This document shows, piece by piece, positions 35,715 through 46,976 of a DNA stretch of 64,000 nt. Position 1 is the first letter of the stretch; each line of letters opens with the position of its first letter. Source of the DNA: Neophaeotheca triangularis (Eukaryota); the NCBI GenBank assembly GCA_054600435.1, contig BAAIJX010000016.1, positions 310,001-374,000 on the forward strand. The letters run 5' to 3'. The notes below the pieces were generated by a model. That model searched no databases, was not told the DNA's origin, and worked only from the letters and a program-made list of their open reading frames with translations. The position numbers were made by a program, and so were the translations under genes.

Positions 35715-38477
35715 TCACAAAGGTTCTCCCCCTCCCTCCTCCCCTCCTAACCCAACCCCCCGTCCCCTAGCTCCGACAACCGCACACAAACACTTACCCA
35801 CAGCCTCCAAATCCCCCAGCAACGTAACATGGCCCCTTTCACTATTCACAACCCCGCCCCTAACGACTTGATACCCATTCGGCACCATGGCAGCCCTAGC
35901 AAGCACAACCCCATCCCCACTTGCAAAAGCCAAGTTATCGTAGGCATCTGCGTGCTTGATACCCTCGCGACCTTCGACTTTGGCGCCGAAGACGGTCGGG
36001 GTAGATTTACCGTAGATGACGGCGTGAGGGGGGTAGAGGTTTGAGGCAGTGTGGGCGGGGTTGTGGGCTAGTGCTAGTTTGAAGCGTTTGATGTTTGCAA
36101 GAGTGCGGGAGAGGTAGCTTATGGCTTCGCGGCGGGGGAGGGTGACGGTTGTGGCTGGGGAGGTTTCCGCGTGAGAAGTGGAGTGGCGGTCGATGTTGTT
36201 GGCGGCGAGGGCGGTGGCGGCGTTCGTGTTGGAGTGCGAGGGCGAGAGCATATCTGGTTCGGCGACGGCGTGGATGTTGGTGGTTTTGGAGGGATCTGAG
36301 CCGGGGTTGGGTTTGCTGTTTTTGCGCCTGGGGATGGGGAGGGAGCTGGCCATTGAGGTGAGGCGGCCTGTGAGGGTTTGTTGTTCCGGTGGTGGATGGA
36401 GGGGTGGAAGTGGTCGTGCTACGCAAGGTGAGAGTCGGTTGTCGATCCATGTGTTGACGTCGAAGAAGTCGACGGGGTATTCTTCTTTTGTGTTAATATC
36501 GAAGAAGCAGCGGCCGTCCAAGGGAAGAAGCGCAAAACTTGTGCGGATGGAAAAGTTGACTTGCGCGGTTAGTACTTTGCTGCTGAGCAGGACCTCGTCG
36601 CCGTTCCGTAGCGGGCCCAGGATGTTGACACAGGTATTGGGTACACCTGCGTATACTACTCCACGGAACAATTCTGGCCGCTGGTTCACGGCGTGCCTGG
36701 TGATAAGCCCGCCAAGAGAATGTGCTATCACTGTCGCGCCTCTTTGCTCCTTGGGTACGCCGGGCGCATTGCAAGGCAGGCTCTCGAGAAACTTTATCAT
36801 CTTCTTGCTCAAAAACTCAGGATCCAGCCGCCAATCGTAGCCATAATCATGTACCCTGAGCTTGCCTTTTTGCGCCTTTTCACACGCTCTCAGGCGCTTG
36901 AATAGCCGTCTCGAGATATCGACGGGTCCAATATGAGAAAGCATGCCACCGGGAATGATCTTCTCTTCAGCTTTCTCGTCATCATCCGGACCAAAACCTA
37001 CCTCGAGATCTGCTTTTCGAATGTTCAGTCCAACTTTAATTGGAACCCACAGTTGACGATGCGGAGGCTCGGCAGACCGCAATATAGAACCCCTGTAACC
37101 ACCAAGTATCACCAGATCGCCATCAAGCTGCTCACAAGCATTCCTAAAGTACGGGAATTGGTGCTTGTCCTGGGCTGCGTCACTAGATGCAGGCCTCGCC
37201 GAACCGTGACGCTGACCCGAGGAGAGATCATCCGACCGTATCTGTTTTGGGTTCCCCGAGGCCGATGGTTGAGCTGGCTGGTCCTTGGGCTGTCTGAAAC
37301 TCGATCTGCGACTAACAGAAGCGCTGCGGACAAAATCCGAGGTGAAGTTTGATAGGTTAAGACTGGAAACCGAAGGCAACTTGAAATTGGAGTCTTGCCA
37401 GCTATCTTTGATGGCTTTCGCCCGGCTGTTGACTTGCTCTCTCACGTTCTCGAAACGCGAGTCGTCACCTAGGGAGGACACTCTCGACAAAGTCCGCTGC
37501 GTGATCAGCGAATCAGCAGAGGCCGATCGACGTAATCGCGGGTTAGAGACGTAAGAATGGGCCTGTTGCAACTGCGGTCGACTGGGTAGATCGGGGACGG
37601 TAGCCTTGGACTCTTCTTCAATAGCCTCCGGCTGAGGGCTGCCTCTCCTCGTGTAGAAACCTTCACCAGTGCGAGTCCGTCTCAAAGGATTGGGAGATTG
37701 CTGGTTCTCGCGATCCGAATCGCCTCCCCAAGAAGGCCACTGGAAGTTCTGCGAGGCGAAGAAGCTGCTCGAGCGTTTCCGGCGTGATACAATGTCTTCG
37801 CTTTGATCATTCGAAAATAATGAGGAGAAGTTTGAGAAATTCGGCGCCCACCGACTCTGCCTATCTTCAACGTGCCCAGTCGGCCCACTCGAAGCCCGCC
37901 GTCTATTGAAAGGTATCCGGTCCATGAACGAAGTACTCTCCCTCTTATCCGTGCGCTGAAAATTGTTATTCGGCCCAGCTCGCCATGGCGACGGCAACCG
38001 CACTTGCGCCTTCCGTGGTGACCGTGGGGGACGTTCTTCTGCCAATGGGAGATCAGAAGAAGACGCCGTCTGCGGTGTAGTACTCTCATTCTTCTCATCA
38101 ACAGCCTCGCCGACTATGGCAGGGATGTCAACCTCTTCATCATCAGGCTCAGGCACTTCGACAAGGGTATCCGGCGGTCCATCTAATGCACCCGCGAAGA
38201 ATCCACCCTCATCCGCCATCGCCGCTTGTTTCTCCGCCGCCGGGGTCGTGGGTAATAGGTATCGATTCTGCTCGGCGCCGATGCTGACACCAAGCACGTG
38301 CCTGGCCTGCTCGGCCGGTATGCGCCCCTGCCTGGCCTCATCGTCGGACGAACTCCCAGTTGCTTCGCCGATGATATCGTTGTAGCGGAGATCAGCCAAC
38401 GCTCGAGGTTTGGGTTTCTGCTTGGTCCTCCGCTCGGCAATGCTGCTCTTGCTGCTACTGTTCGTTTGCGTCGCCAT
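35715..38477 (-). CDS. Alpha/beta-hydrolase, LCAT/lipase-like, similar to yeast YJR098C family, with long disordered N-terminus
   Basis: LGGYRGSIL, YGYDWRL, nucleophile elbow AHSLGG, SGDGVV and GHVTLLGD. First ATG at 38477 (MATQTNSS). Confidence 0.8.
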   Translation of the reverse strand: MATQTNSSSKSSIAERRTKQKPKPRALADLRYNDIIGEATGSSSDDEARQGRIPAEQARHVLGVSIGAEQNRYLLPTTPAAEKQAAMADEGGFFAGALDGPPDTLVEVPEPDDEEVDIPAIVGEAVDEKNESTTPQTASSSDLPLAEERPPRSPRKAQVRLPSPWRAGPNNNFQRTDKRESTSFMDRIPFNRRRASSGPTGHVEDRQSRWAPNFSNFSSLFSNDQSEDIVSRRKRSSSFFASQNFQWPSWGGDSDRENQQSPNPLRRTRTGEGFYTRRGSPQPEAIEEESKATVPDLPSRPQLQQAHSYVSNPRLRRSASADSLITQRTLSRVSSLGDDSRFENVREQVNSRAKAIKDSWQDSNFKLPSVSSLNLSNFTSDFVRSASVSRRSSFRQPKDQPAQPSASGNPKQIRSDDLSSGQRHGSARPASSDAAQDKHQFPYFRNACEQLDGDLVILGGYRGSILRSAEPPHRQLWVPIKVGLNIRKADLEVGFGPDDDEKAEEKIIPGGMLSHIGPVDISRRLFKRLRACEKAQKGKLRVHDYGYDWRLDPEFLSKKMIKFLESLPCNAPGVPKEQRGATVIAHSLGGLITRHAVNQRPELFRGVVYAGVPNTCVNILGPLRNGDEVLLSSKVLTAQVNFSIRTSFALLPLDGRCFFDINTKEEYPVDFFDVNTWIDNRLSPCVARPLPPLHPPPEQQTLTGRLTSMASSLPIPRRKNSKPNPGSDPSKTTNIHAVAEPDMLSPSHSNTNAATALAANNIDRHSTSHAETSPATTVTLPRREAISYLSRTLANIKRFKLALAHNPAHTASNLYPPHAVIYGKSTPTVFGAKVEGREGIKHADAYDNLAFASGDGVVLARAAMVPNGYQVVRGGVVNSERGHVTLLGDLEAVGKCLCAVVGARGRGVGLGGEEGGGEPL

Positions 38478-39458
38478 GATCCGGCTTTGCGAATGGGAGG
38501 CAAGAAGGATGCTGTTTACACTAAAGCTGCCAGATTTAGGTAAGCTTTCACGATAGTAGTAAAACCTCTGTATTCGAATGCCGTCATACCGATAGAAACA
38601 AAAGCGCAGCAAAGGATTTGGTTCGGCGTATTACTGCCGTGACATCCGGGCCGCTACCGGAATAGGAAGGGAAGGCTTTACAAATCATCAGTCAGGCCAC
38701 GCTTTCCTGTAGCATTTCCTGGCCGCGCTGACTGTGTAATAAGAGTAGGTTACGACGGGCTGCATGGCGAATGAAATACGAAAAATCCAGGGCAGCTGAC
38801 CGGTCACTTATGAAGTCAGGATGAAGGTCGGCTGCGGATGTGCGCGCAACAATGAGAGTGGAGCGTTGCTGGCGGGAGGCTGCCAATGGCCCATGTGCAT
38901 GATGTCTTGCACAGCCCCTTAGAGTTTGGCATGTGTAGAGATAATCAGGATAATAATGCATGCATAGGAAGCTTAACAAGTTACTACAGCCGGCGATGCC
39001 TCCTAGTGCGCTTTTCGGGTTTCATCCGAGCTCCAGGGCTGTGTGGGAACAATACAACTTGGCATCTGATATCAACTTCACACCACCCCACAACCTCTTA
39101 CTGGCAGGCAGAAGGAAGGCATGACGTTTAGCCATGGCTACAAGTGTTGATACTCCCGTCGATCAGATGAGCTCTGCTCTTTGACTGCAACAGCAGCACA
39201 GCGACGATTCTCCATTCACATCTGTTGGATGGCATCACACGACGCCAAAAGAGGCAAAGATGGTGCTTTGAAACTGTTTATTTTGTCGAAGCGTAGGCTA
39301 GCCGTAATTACAAACCGATTCGCATTGCTGGAACCAGCAGTAGCACTAGACCGGCAACCGCAGATAGCAGGCAATGCAAGGGTGGCTTTCCACCAGCGCA
39401 CCCAGACACCGCCGCAAAAACACCATCCCATGCGACGACCACAGACACAACAAGCCGT

Positions 39459-40310
39459 CTACCTGTTGGACTTGGCCACGCGCTCCAGCTCGTCCTTCTT
39501 CTTGATCGCGTAGCTGTTGCTGCTGCCCTTGGCGGCGTTGATGAGCTCTTCAGCCAAGCACTCTGCCACGCTCTTGATGTTGCGGAAAGCCGCTTCCCTG
39601 GCACCGATGGTGAGGAGGGCGATGGCCTGGTTGACGCGGCGCAGAGGCGACACATCGACGGCCTGGCGACGGACAGTACCGGCGCTTCCGATACGGGTGC
39701 TGTCCTCACGGGGGCCGCAGTTGACAATGGCATCAACGGCTATTTGGATGGGGTTCTGGTCGGTCATGATGTGGATCTGTAGTATCACTTCTCGTCAGCC
39801 ACCAAACTCCCTTTGTCTCTTTCTATTTGTGTGCGCAAATCTGTGGGCAGTGGGACGTACGATCTCGAAAGCGTGAGCGACAATGCGGACAGCCATGAGC
39901 TTCTTGCCGTTGTTGCGACCGTTCATCATGAGGGAGTTGGTGAGGCGCTCAATGATCGGGCACTGGGCCTTGCGGAATCTCTTCTGCGCATAGCGACCAG
40001 CGGAGTGGGGGAGGTAGACGGGTTGGCGGATTTGGATGTAGTCGCTGTGATAGTAAGTTGTTAGCCATACTGCTTCGCTTCCCCTTGCACCCGCAGTATC
40101 GCGAGGCCACTGTCGCCGCGTCCTCCATCGGTCGATTTCCCAACTCGCTCAGTGAGGGCAGACATACGTGAGCGAAATATCCCTAATCTCAACATCGTCG
40201 TAGGTCCACTTGTTGAAGAGCTTAGTCTGCCCGACGCCTGCGGCGACGTCCTTGGGCAGGACTGGGTAGCCCTGGGGCGCCTCGACCTCAACTTCGCCGC
40301 TGTCAGACAT
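39459..40310 (-). CDS. RPS5: 40S ribosomal protein S5 (uS7), 3 exons (40168-40310, 39861-40044, 39459-39776)
   Basis: [66 protein letters not shown] and [13 protein letters not shown]. Confidence 0.98.
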
Positions 40311-40833
40311 ATTCGCGGTTGGCGTATAAAGTTGTCTGGTTTTGGATCCTGGGGCCGGGTGGTGGTGCTGTTCGAGTCGAGATACCTGGCGCCTGGTTGT
40401 GAGCTTCTGATTGTGAGCTTTCAACACGATAGTGTGGTGTGGGAATTCCAACGACGCACGGACGTTCGCGTCTTGGCAAAAGCCGACTCCCTCCTGCCTG
40501 AAATATCAGGCGTGAACATTTACAACAAACTTTCTCCGCAAGCGACCGCCCCCTCGAGGACTGCACAACTATTTGCCATACCTTGGAACATTACAACAAC
40601 CATGGACCTCGAAATCTCAGCCAGTAAGGTAGCTACTATATCACAATTGCACAACCAAAACCACAGCCAAATACAAACCTTCTCCCATCAGCCACTAAAG
40701 ATGCATACATGTAGGTTGAAAGGTAAGCACCATGGGCCATATCACAGAGTAAGTACGGTCAATCCCTCTGTACCCTTCAAATCTCCTCTCAACCTCTACG
40801 ACCCAACGCTCCTCTTCTCTCTTCAAAGCAAAC

Positions 40834-41181
40834 ATGGACCGCGCATCATTCCACCCAAGACTTCGCGAAACCACCTACCCAAACCCAGCATGTCTCGCTT
40901 GCCGTCACCCAACTGTCCTCAAATCCTGCTCTCCCGGCGATCTAGACGGCCAGTCCTGTCGTCCATACCTCGCCTGCAGATCATGCGGCACCTTGTCTTG
41001 CTCCATCGACATGCGCGGCACTTCCCGAAAACCCGGCTTGCCATTGCCGATTGCTCAGTAGACAGCAACCTTGGAAGACACGAGTACCGAGGATGGTGAT
41101 GACGATAGGCGTTCTTTGTTTTATTGGTGCGCTGTTGGAGCGTGCCAATTCATGAGGCGCGCAGCGTGGTTGACTGGTTAG
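40834..41181 (+). pseudogene. Degenerate Cys-rich (GRF-type zinc-finger-like) small gene with two compensating frameshifts
   Basis: Frame A PACLAC...RPYLACRSCG...DMRG, then frame C LPENPACHCRLLSRQQ, then frame A RRSLFYWCAVGACQF. The stitched Cys spacing resembles fungal GRF-like proteins (recalled, not searched). Confidence 0.5.
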
Positions 41182-42151
41182 TTTGGGGCGTGGAAGTTTA
41201 CGCCCGCAGTCTTGTACTGAGGTGACGAAGGGGCGAGGAAGTCAGGGCGTTCTTTATGCCCTGGTCAAGATACTAGTCGTTCCGATGGCATTGAGGCAAA
41301 GGCACACCAGGGAATATGAAGATTGCGAAACTTATCTCGGCAAGAAGGTTACTTCTTTGGTGGAGGATTTTCTGAACGTCCCGAGGTGGTTCTGAGGAGC
41401 ATGGCGGTGTTAGCGATTTTTAGTGTAAGTCGCAGAACCACGGCGCCTCGTCTAATCTACTGAGGCTGCACTTTGCAGTTTGTTCTCAGCGCCGAGAGTA
41501 TGACGAGCAGTCAGACTCTGCCATAGAAAGACTGGGAAGAAGAGCGGACGCTTCGTCGTATCGTGCTCTTCCAGGCTGATGATAGGTTTTGCTGCTGAGG
41601 AACCCATTGGCAAGCCTTCCTATGATTTTCAAGCGGTTGGTTTACAATACTGGTAGTACAGTAATAACACAGAGTCCTATTTCATGCCTTGAAACTGACT
41701 GCTGTGTCCGAGACACCTTCAAGGTTAACATTGGATACCTTCCCTACAGGGGGTTTATCTTGGCTACGCTCGATAAGGGAAGCTTAATGGCACATCGACT
41801 CCCTTATCTCGCTCCGTCGTTTCTCCGATGCAAATCCTGACGACCTCCTCTTTAGATTAGACTCGACGAGACAGAAGCCTCGCCTCGAACGGTTACATCC
41901 TGCTATAAACTCTACTTACCTGAGAGCTACTCATCGGCCTTTGGATAATACACCATGCCCCTCCACGTTACTCGTCGGCAATGCCGGCACGACTCTGCGA
42001 CCTGCCCACTTCTGATACCAACACCCTGACCCAGCCATTCTTACGGCCATTCGGATCTCCAATCTTCCTATATCATCAGAGAATGGGAGTCTTGCTGCTC
42101 CCACATGCACCTCCCTGAGCCTTGTTGAATCTGTTCGCGATCATTTCCACC

Positions 42152-43984
42152 ATGGACCGCCGACGAAGCACAGTCGCAGACGACACCCAGTTGGCCGCCC
42201 TGGGCCATCAACAGGAGCTGAAACGGAACTTTTCCTTCCTGTCTATGCTGGGTCTGGCATTTGCAATTCTCAACTCCTGGACGGCTCTCAGCGCCTCTCT
42301 CTCACTCGCCTTACCCAGCGGAGGCCCTGTCAGCGTGATATGGGGGCTTGTGACAGCAGGTAAGCGATACTTCAGCTCAGATTGGTGCTTCACAGCTCGG
42401 CCGCTAACAAGCATCTTCAAGGTGTCTGCAATCTCTGCCTCGCAGCCTCCCTCGCTGAATTTCTAAGCGCCTACCCTACAGCAGGCGGTCAATACCATTG
42501 GGTCGCGGTCATTAGCCCGGGAAAGTGGATGCCCATATTCTCTTGGATAACAGGCTGGATCAACGTCTCTGGATGGATCGCTCTAACAGCCACGGCGGGC
42601 TTACTCGGCAGCGACCTAATAGTGGGTGTAATTGCGCTATACCACCCTACGTATGTGGAAGCACGATGGCAGCAATTTCTGATATATCTGGTGTACGCCG
42701 CTATAGCGTTTGTCGTGAATGCTTTTGGCAACGCCATACTGCCGTACGTCAACAAAGTGGCCATAACATGGACTATCGGTGGGTGGGCGATCATTTGCAT
42801 TACGGTTCTGGCTTGCGCAAGCCCAGACTACAACAGCGCCGAGTTCGTGTTTGCAGAGTTCATCAACACTACCGGATGGCCAGGCGGGATAGCGTGGCTT
42901 CTCGGGCTTTTGCAAGGTGGACTTGGCCTAACAGGTAAGTCGGCTTACTCTAGGCTCTTTATTTGCCCAGCTGACTCGTTTTAGGCTACGATGCAGTCGC
43001 TCACATGATTGAAGAGATCCCGGACGCAGCTGTTGAGGGTCCCAAGATCATGATCTACTGCGTAGCCATTGGCGTTTTCACCGGCTTCGTATTTCTCACG
43101 TGCCTCCTTTTCGTCTCCGGCGACGTAGACCAAGTCATCGAGTCCAACGCTGGCCCACTTGGTCAAATTCTCTACAACGCAACCAACAGCCGCGCGGGCA
43201 CTGTTTGCCTGCTGATGTTTCCAATCCTTTGCCTCCTCTTTGCGGGAGTTTCCATTATGACCACCAGCTCTCGCATGACGTACGGTGAGTTTGCTCGTCC
43301 CATAGAGTAGATCCCCGGACCTTCCCACTAACTCCCGAACCAGCTTTCGCCCGCGACTCCGGTCTACCTTTCAGCCGATATCTCGCAAAAGTCCACCCAC
43401 GTCTCGAGGTCCCTCTCAACGGCCTCTTCCTTACAACAATCTGCGTGGTCATCTTCGGCCTCATCTTCCTGGGCTCTAGCGCGGCCTTCAACGCCATCGC
43501 CTCCGCTTCGGTAGTCGCTTTGGGTCTTACCTACGGGATACCAATTCTTCTCCACGTCGTTCAAGGCCGCTCCAAAATGCCTCCAAACCGACCCTTCAGA
43601 CTCCCTGAATGGTTAGCGTGGCCTGCCAACATCATAGGAGTGGTCTATGTCATAGTTACGACGGTCCTCTTCGTCTTTCCCCCTGCGCTCCCTGTCAGCG
43701 GCAGCTCGATGAATTACTGCATCGTTGCTTTCGCCATTGTCATTATCATCAGTACCGTGCAATGGTTCATCGACGGGCGCAAGAATTACACTGGCCCCGT
43801 TGTCGAGATTGATACGAACTTGCTTGTTGCTGCTCAGACGAACGAAACAGCCTTTTCAACGCAGACTGAGATGGCAAAGGAGACGAGGACTAGGGATGAC
43901 AAGTCCAAAGGCAGCTTTGCTGGCGAGTCAATCGGAACCGCGGAGACGGGGATGGAGAAAGAGAGGGAGGATTTGGGGGTTTGA
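42152..43984 (+). CDS. APC-family amino acid/choline/GABA permease (ACT subfamily, Hnm1/Uga4-like), 4 exons; introns 42360-42421, 42935-42984, 43285-43343
   Basis: LGHQQELKRNFS, GGPVSVIWG, SLAEFLSAYPTAGGQYHW, GYDAVAHMIEE, SSRMTYAFARDSGLPF and MNYCIV; many hydrophobic segments. Confidence 0.93.
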
Positions 43985-45386
43985 TTGCGTTGCCTCTGAC
44001 GTGATGGCACAGGCTTGAGATGGTATGTTTAATCCTTTCTTTTCTTCCTTCTATGCCCTTCGGCTGAGCCCTGTGGCCTGGCGTCGAACCTCTTGTTGCT
44101 TGCTACTGTGATGAGAACAGGATTTCCGAAAGACTTTGTGTGGAATCTTACTTTTTTTTAATATACCAATTGTTCCTTCTGAAAGATTGTTGCAACTCTA
44201 TTTTGCGGATTCCGATTTGAATGCTCGTAGAACGGATTGCTGACAGCGCTTGCAATACTACAGACATGCAAGGCTTCACGAGGAGCACGAAATTAATGAG
44301 ATTTATGATGGATGAGTAGAGCTTGTCGCAAAAATAATCAAAAACAAAAAATGGACTTCTTTAACATAGACGGAATACATGTTCTTTTTGGAAACGGAGT
44401 TACCCGAAGAGGGAACGCTTGCCGTCTACCCAGTGGCTTGCTGAATAGCAACTACGCTCGCTCAAGTCTACTATAACATAGCCGAATGCAGACAAATTGC
44501 CATTTCAAGACCTCTTTAACAACCCCGTCCCCTCAAGGCAAATGCAAATACCTTTCAGGATTGATGTTGAGATCGTCGTCCAAGGTGGTCGATGTCGATG
44601 GTCGCGAGCGAGAAGGGCGCTTTGACAGGGTCGATTGTCACCTCCGGCGGCAGCATCAACAACAGTACCAATGTGATCTCAATGTGAAGGGTAACGAGAA
44701 ACGCAAGATTGGCAACACCGAAAATGGGTGGTCCTTAATTGTTTTTTTTCCACATTCTACATTAAACCGCAAGCCACTCCCAGTCCTGCTTGTCTCGAGT
44801 CAATCGAGCTGAAGACGCCAAGGGTTAGTCTAGACCATGCCGCCGCCGCCGCCATGACTTGCAACCACCGATCTCACCATCTCGGGCTCGCGATCACTCA
44901 AAAAAACCAAGAGCAGGTTCCTCCCTCCTTCCGCTGACCCACCAGCCCAACAAGAAGCCCAAGCAGGAAGACCACCAAAAACCTAGCTCTCCTCCCCTTT
45001 TGATATCAATGCCCCCCTCACTCACGTCAGAAAGAACCCATGAACACGAATTTTCGCCCCGGGAGCGAAGTGCTAATAGCTAAATGGAAGGAAGAAGGAA
45101 GAAGCAAGACCCAAACCCAAGAGCAAAAGCTTTCCCAGCCGCAAGGGGTATCCGAGAGAGTTCGTGTCAACATTTGCCAGCCGTTACGTTCGATTCCGCG
45201 ACCGAGAGCGATAGACGGTCCCTCGCATCGTTCGTCGTGATGAATCAAAAAAGAAAAGAGAAAAGGATGTTGAAGAGGAGAAGAGGGAAGTTGCCGTAGA
45301 TTCCAAAACCACCGAAAGCCAGCCAACCAGCCAGCCCAGCCCAGCCCAGCCACCCAAATTACTGCAAAACCGTCCACCGGCCGCTT

Positions 45387-46976
45387 TCACAGCCGACTTC
45401 TCATCGCACACGTATACTTCCTTGCCGGGGTCGCTTTGGCAGCCGCTCGCGGTTTGTCCGGGGCACGCACTGGCCATTTGCCATCGGCCTTGCGCTTGGA
45501 GACGCGCTTCTGGAGGTTATTAAGCATTTTGGTAGCCTGAGGCTCGGCGTAAACGGAGCGCATGGAAGTTTCCATGGTCGCCCAATCGCAATGGCCGTTG
45601 CGTTGGCCCGGTTTGGTCTCGAGGTGGGTGATGAAGTGGTCTGTCGCATTGTCGGAGCGGCTCATACCGAAAATTCCGGTTTTCTTGCACCCCTGGATCG
45701 GGCAGGGGTACTCGGGGAGGCTGACCGTGTCGTGCATTTTGGCGTGGCGCTTGAGGTGCTCGCTGCGGTCGAAACCGCGGTTGCAGCGTAGGCCGGTCGC
45801 GCGGTCGACGCCGGTGCAGCGGAATTTCTTCTCTTTTGGAGCCATGAATTTGCGGTCCGGGCATTTGATCTTGCCGTCGGACATGGAGAATTGGTCGCCT
45901 TTGGCTGTGATGAGGATGTTGCCGAAGTGCATTTCATGGCAGGGCTCGCGAGGTTTGCGGATGCGCTTGGTGCTGCTGGTGTTGCGCTTGCGGATTCTTT
46001 GGGGCAGTTGGCTGCTTTGAAGCATGTGAGACGGCCTGGCTGGGGTAGGACTCCAGAGCGCTTCTTCTTTGATGGCCATGAAGCCGTCTTCGTCTTCCGA
46101 GGCGAAGTAGGCGTCCTCGGGGCTTGGTGGTCTGGCGAACACGTAGCTGTCCTGGCTGTCAAAGGAGCAGCTGAAGTCTGATGACATTGCACCCATGCCA
46201 TGTTGAGGGCTTTCGTAGGGAGAATAATCGTGCATGTAGTCGTCGTCAGGAGGTGTCAGCTGGGAAGGAACGACGACTTGAGGGTGTTGGTACATGGAGC
46301 TGGACGCCTGGCTATAAACCCCTGGCATTTCCGAGGGAGGATGACTGTAGATGGGTGTTGTCGTGTGGGTATCCATAGCCAACGCCTGGCTCGTATCGAA
46401 GAGCGTGGCGGTCATGCCGTTGGTCTGTTGTTGATGTAGAGCCTGAGATGCAAGTTGTGCCCCAGACCAGCAGTCCGCGGGCATGTAGTCGCACCCATCC
46501 ATGGCCATGCTGTCCGTGTATCCATGATGACTTGCCATGAAGTACGACTGATTGGGATCGACCGACTTCGAGGTGCATTGGCCGTGAGGCTGCATACCGC
46601 TTTGCAGGAGTTGTTCCTGCAGGCTTCCAGCAACGTACGACCCAGATGGTACCTGGGCGGGAGTGTTGCAGGCAGATACCGAAAGCTGATGATATTGACG
46701 ACCGGAATGCTCCTGAGATTGTTGTTCAAACGAATGGACCGGAGTGGCTGGGTGGGAGAAAGTGTAATCTGTACTCGTCGCCGAGTACGGTGCATCGGAT
46801 AGAGACGAATATGTCAGAGACGGTCGTCGACTATCACGAGCGGACTGAGGCGGCGTGAGCCACCCACCGAAAGAAGTTGCTGCTGTTGTCTCCGTCTTCC
46901 TGAAAGAAGCACTGGTATCGATGCCAGGTACGGGTGCTCCTCGACCGTATCGAGTTGGGGTCAGCTTGGAAGCCAT
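45387..46976 (-). CDS. C2H2 zinc-finger transcription factor, BrlA-like finger region
   Basis: 529-aa intronless ORF with S/P/Q-rich N-terminus. Fingers C-x10-C...FDRSEHLKRHAKMH and CPIQGC...SRSDNATDHFITH are followed by KPGQRN. Confidence 0.8.
   Translation of the reverse strand: MASKLTPTRYGRGAPVPGIDTSASFRKTETTAATSFGGWLTPPQSARDSRRPSLTYSSLSDAPYSATSTDYTFSHPATPVHSFEQQSQEHSGRQYHQLSVSACNTPAQVPSGSYVAGSLQEQLLQSGMQPHGQCTSKSVDPNQSYFMASHHGYTDSMAMDGCDYMPADCWSGAQLASQALHQQQTNGMTATLFDTSQALAMDTHTTTPIYSHPPSEMPGVYSQASSSMYQHPQVVVPSQLTPPDDDYMHDYSPYESPQHGMGAMSSDFSCSFDSQDSYVFARPPSPEDAYFASEDEDGFMAIKEEALWSPTPARPSHMLQSSQLPQRIRKRNTSSTKRIRKPREPCHEMHFGNILITAKGDQFSMSDGKIKCPDRKFMAPKEKKFRCTGVDRATGLRCNRGFDRSEHLKRHAKMHDTVSLPEYPCPIQGCKKTGIFGMSRSDNATDHFITHLETKPGQRNGHCDWATMETSMRSVYAEPQATKMLNNLQKRVSKRKADGKWPVRAPDKPRAAAKATPARKYTCAMRSRL

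Noticed and set aside
40045..40167. Intronic snoRNA in the 123-nt RPS5 intron 1
   Set aside because: No properly ordered C/D boxes or H/ACA layout seen.
40152..41099. 315-aa plus-strand ORF
   Set aside because: Overlaps RPS5 exon 1 antisense and its promoter, has a non-ATG start and no recognisable motifs.
45317..45352. Short microsatellites: (AGCC/AGCCC)n here, (GA)n near 9035 and 49530, (TATG)n near 54776
   Set aside because: Ordinary simple repeats in UTR, intron or intergenic DNA.
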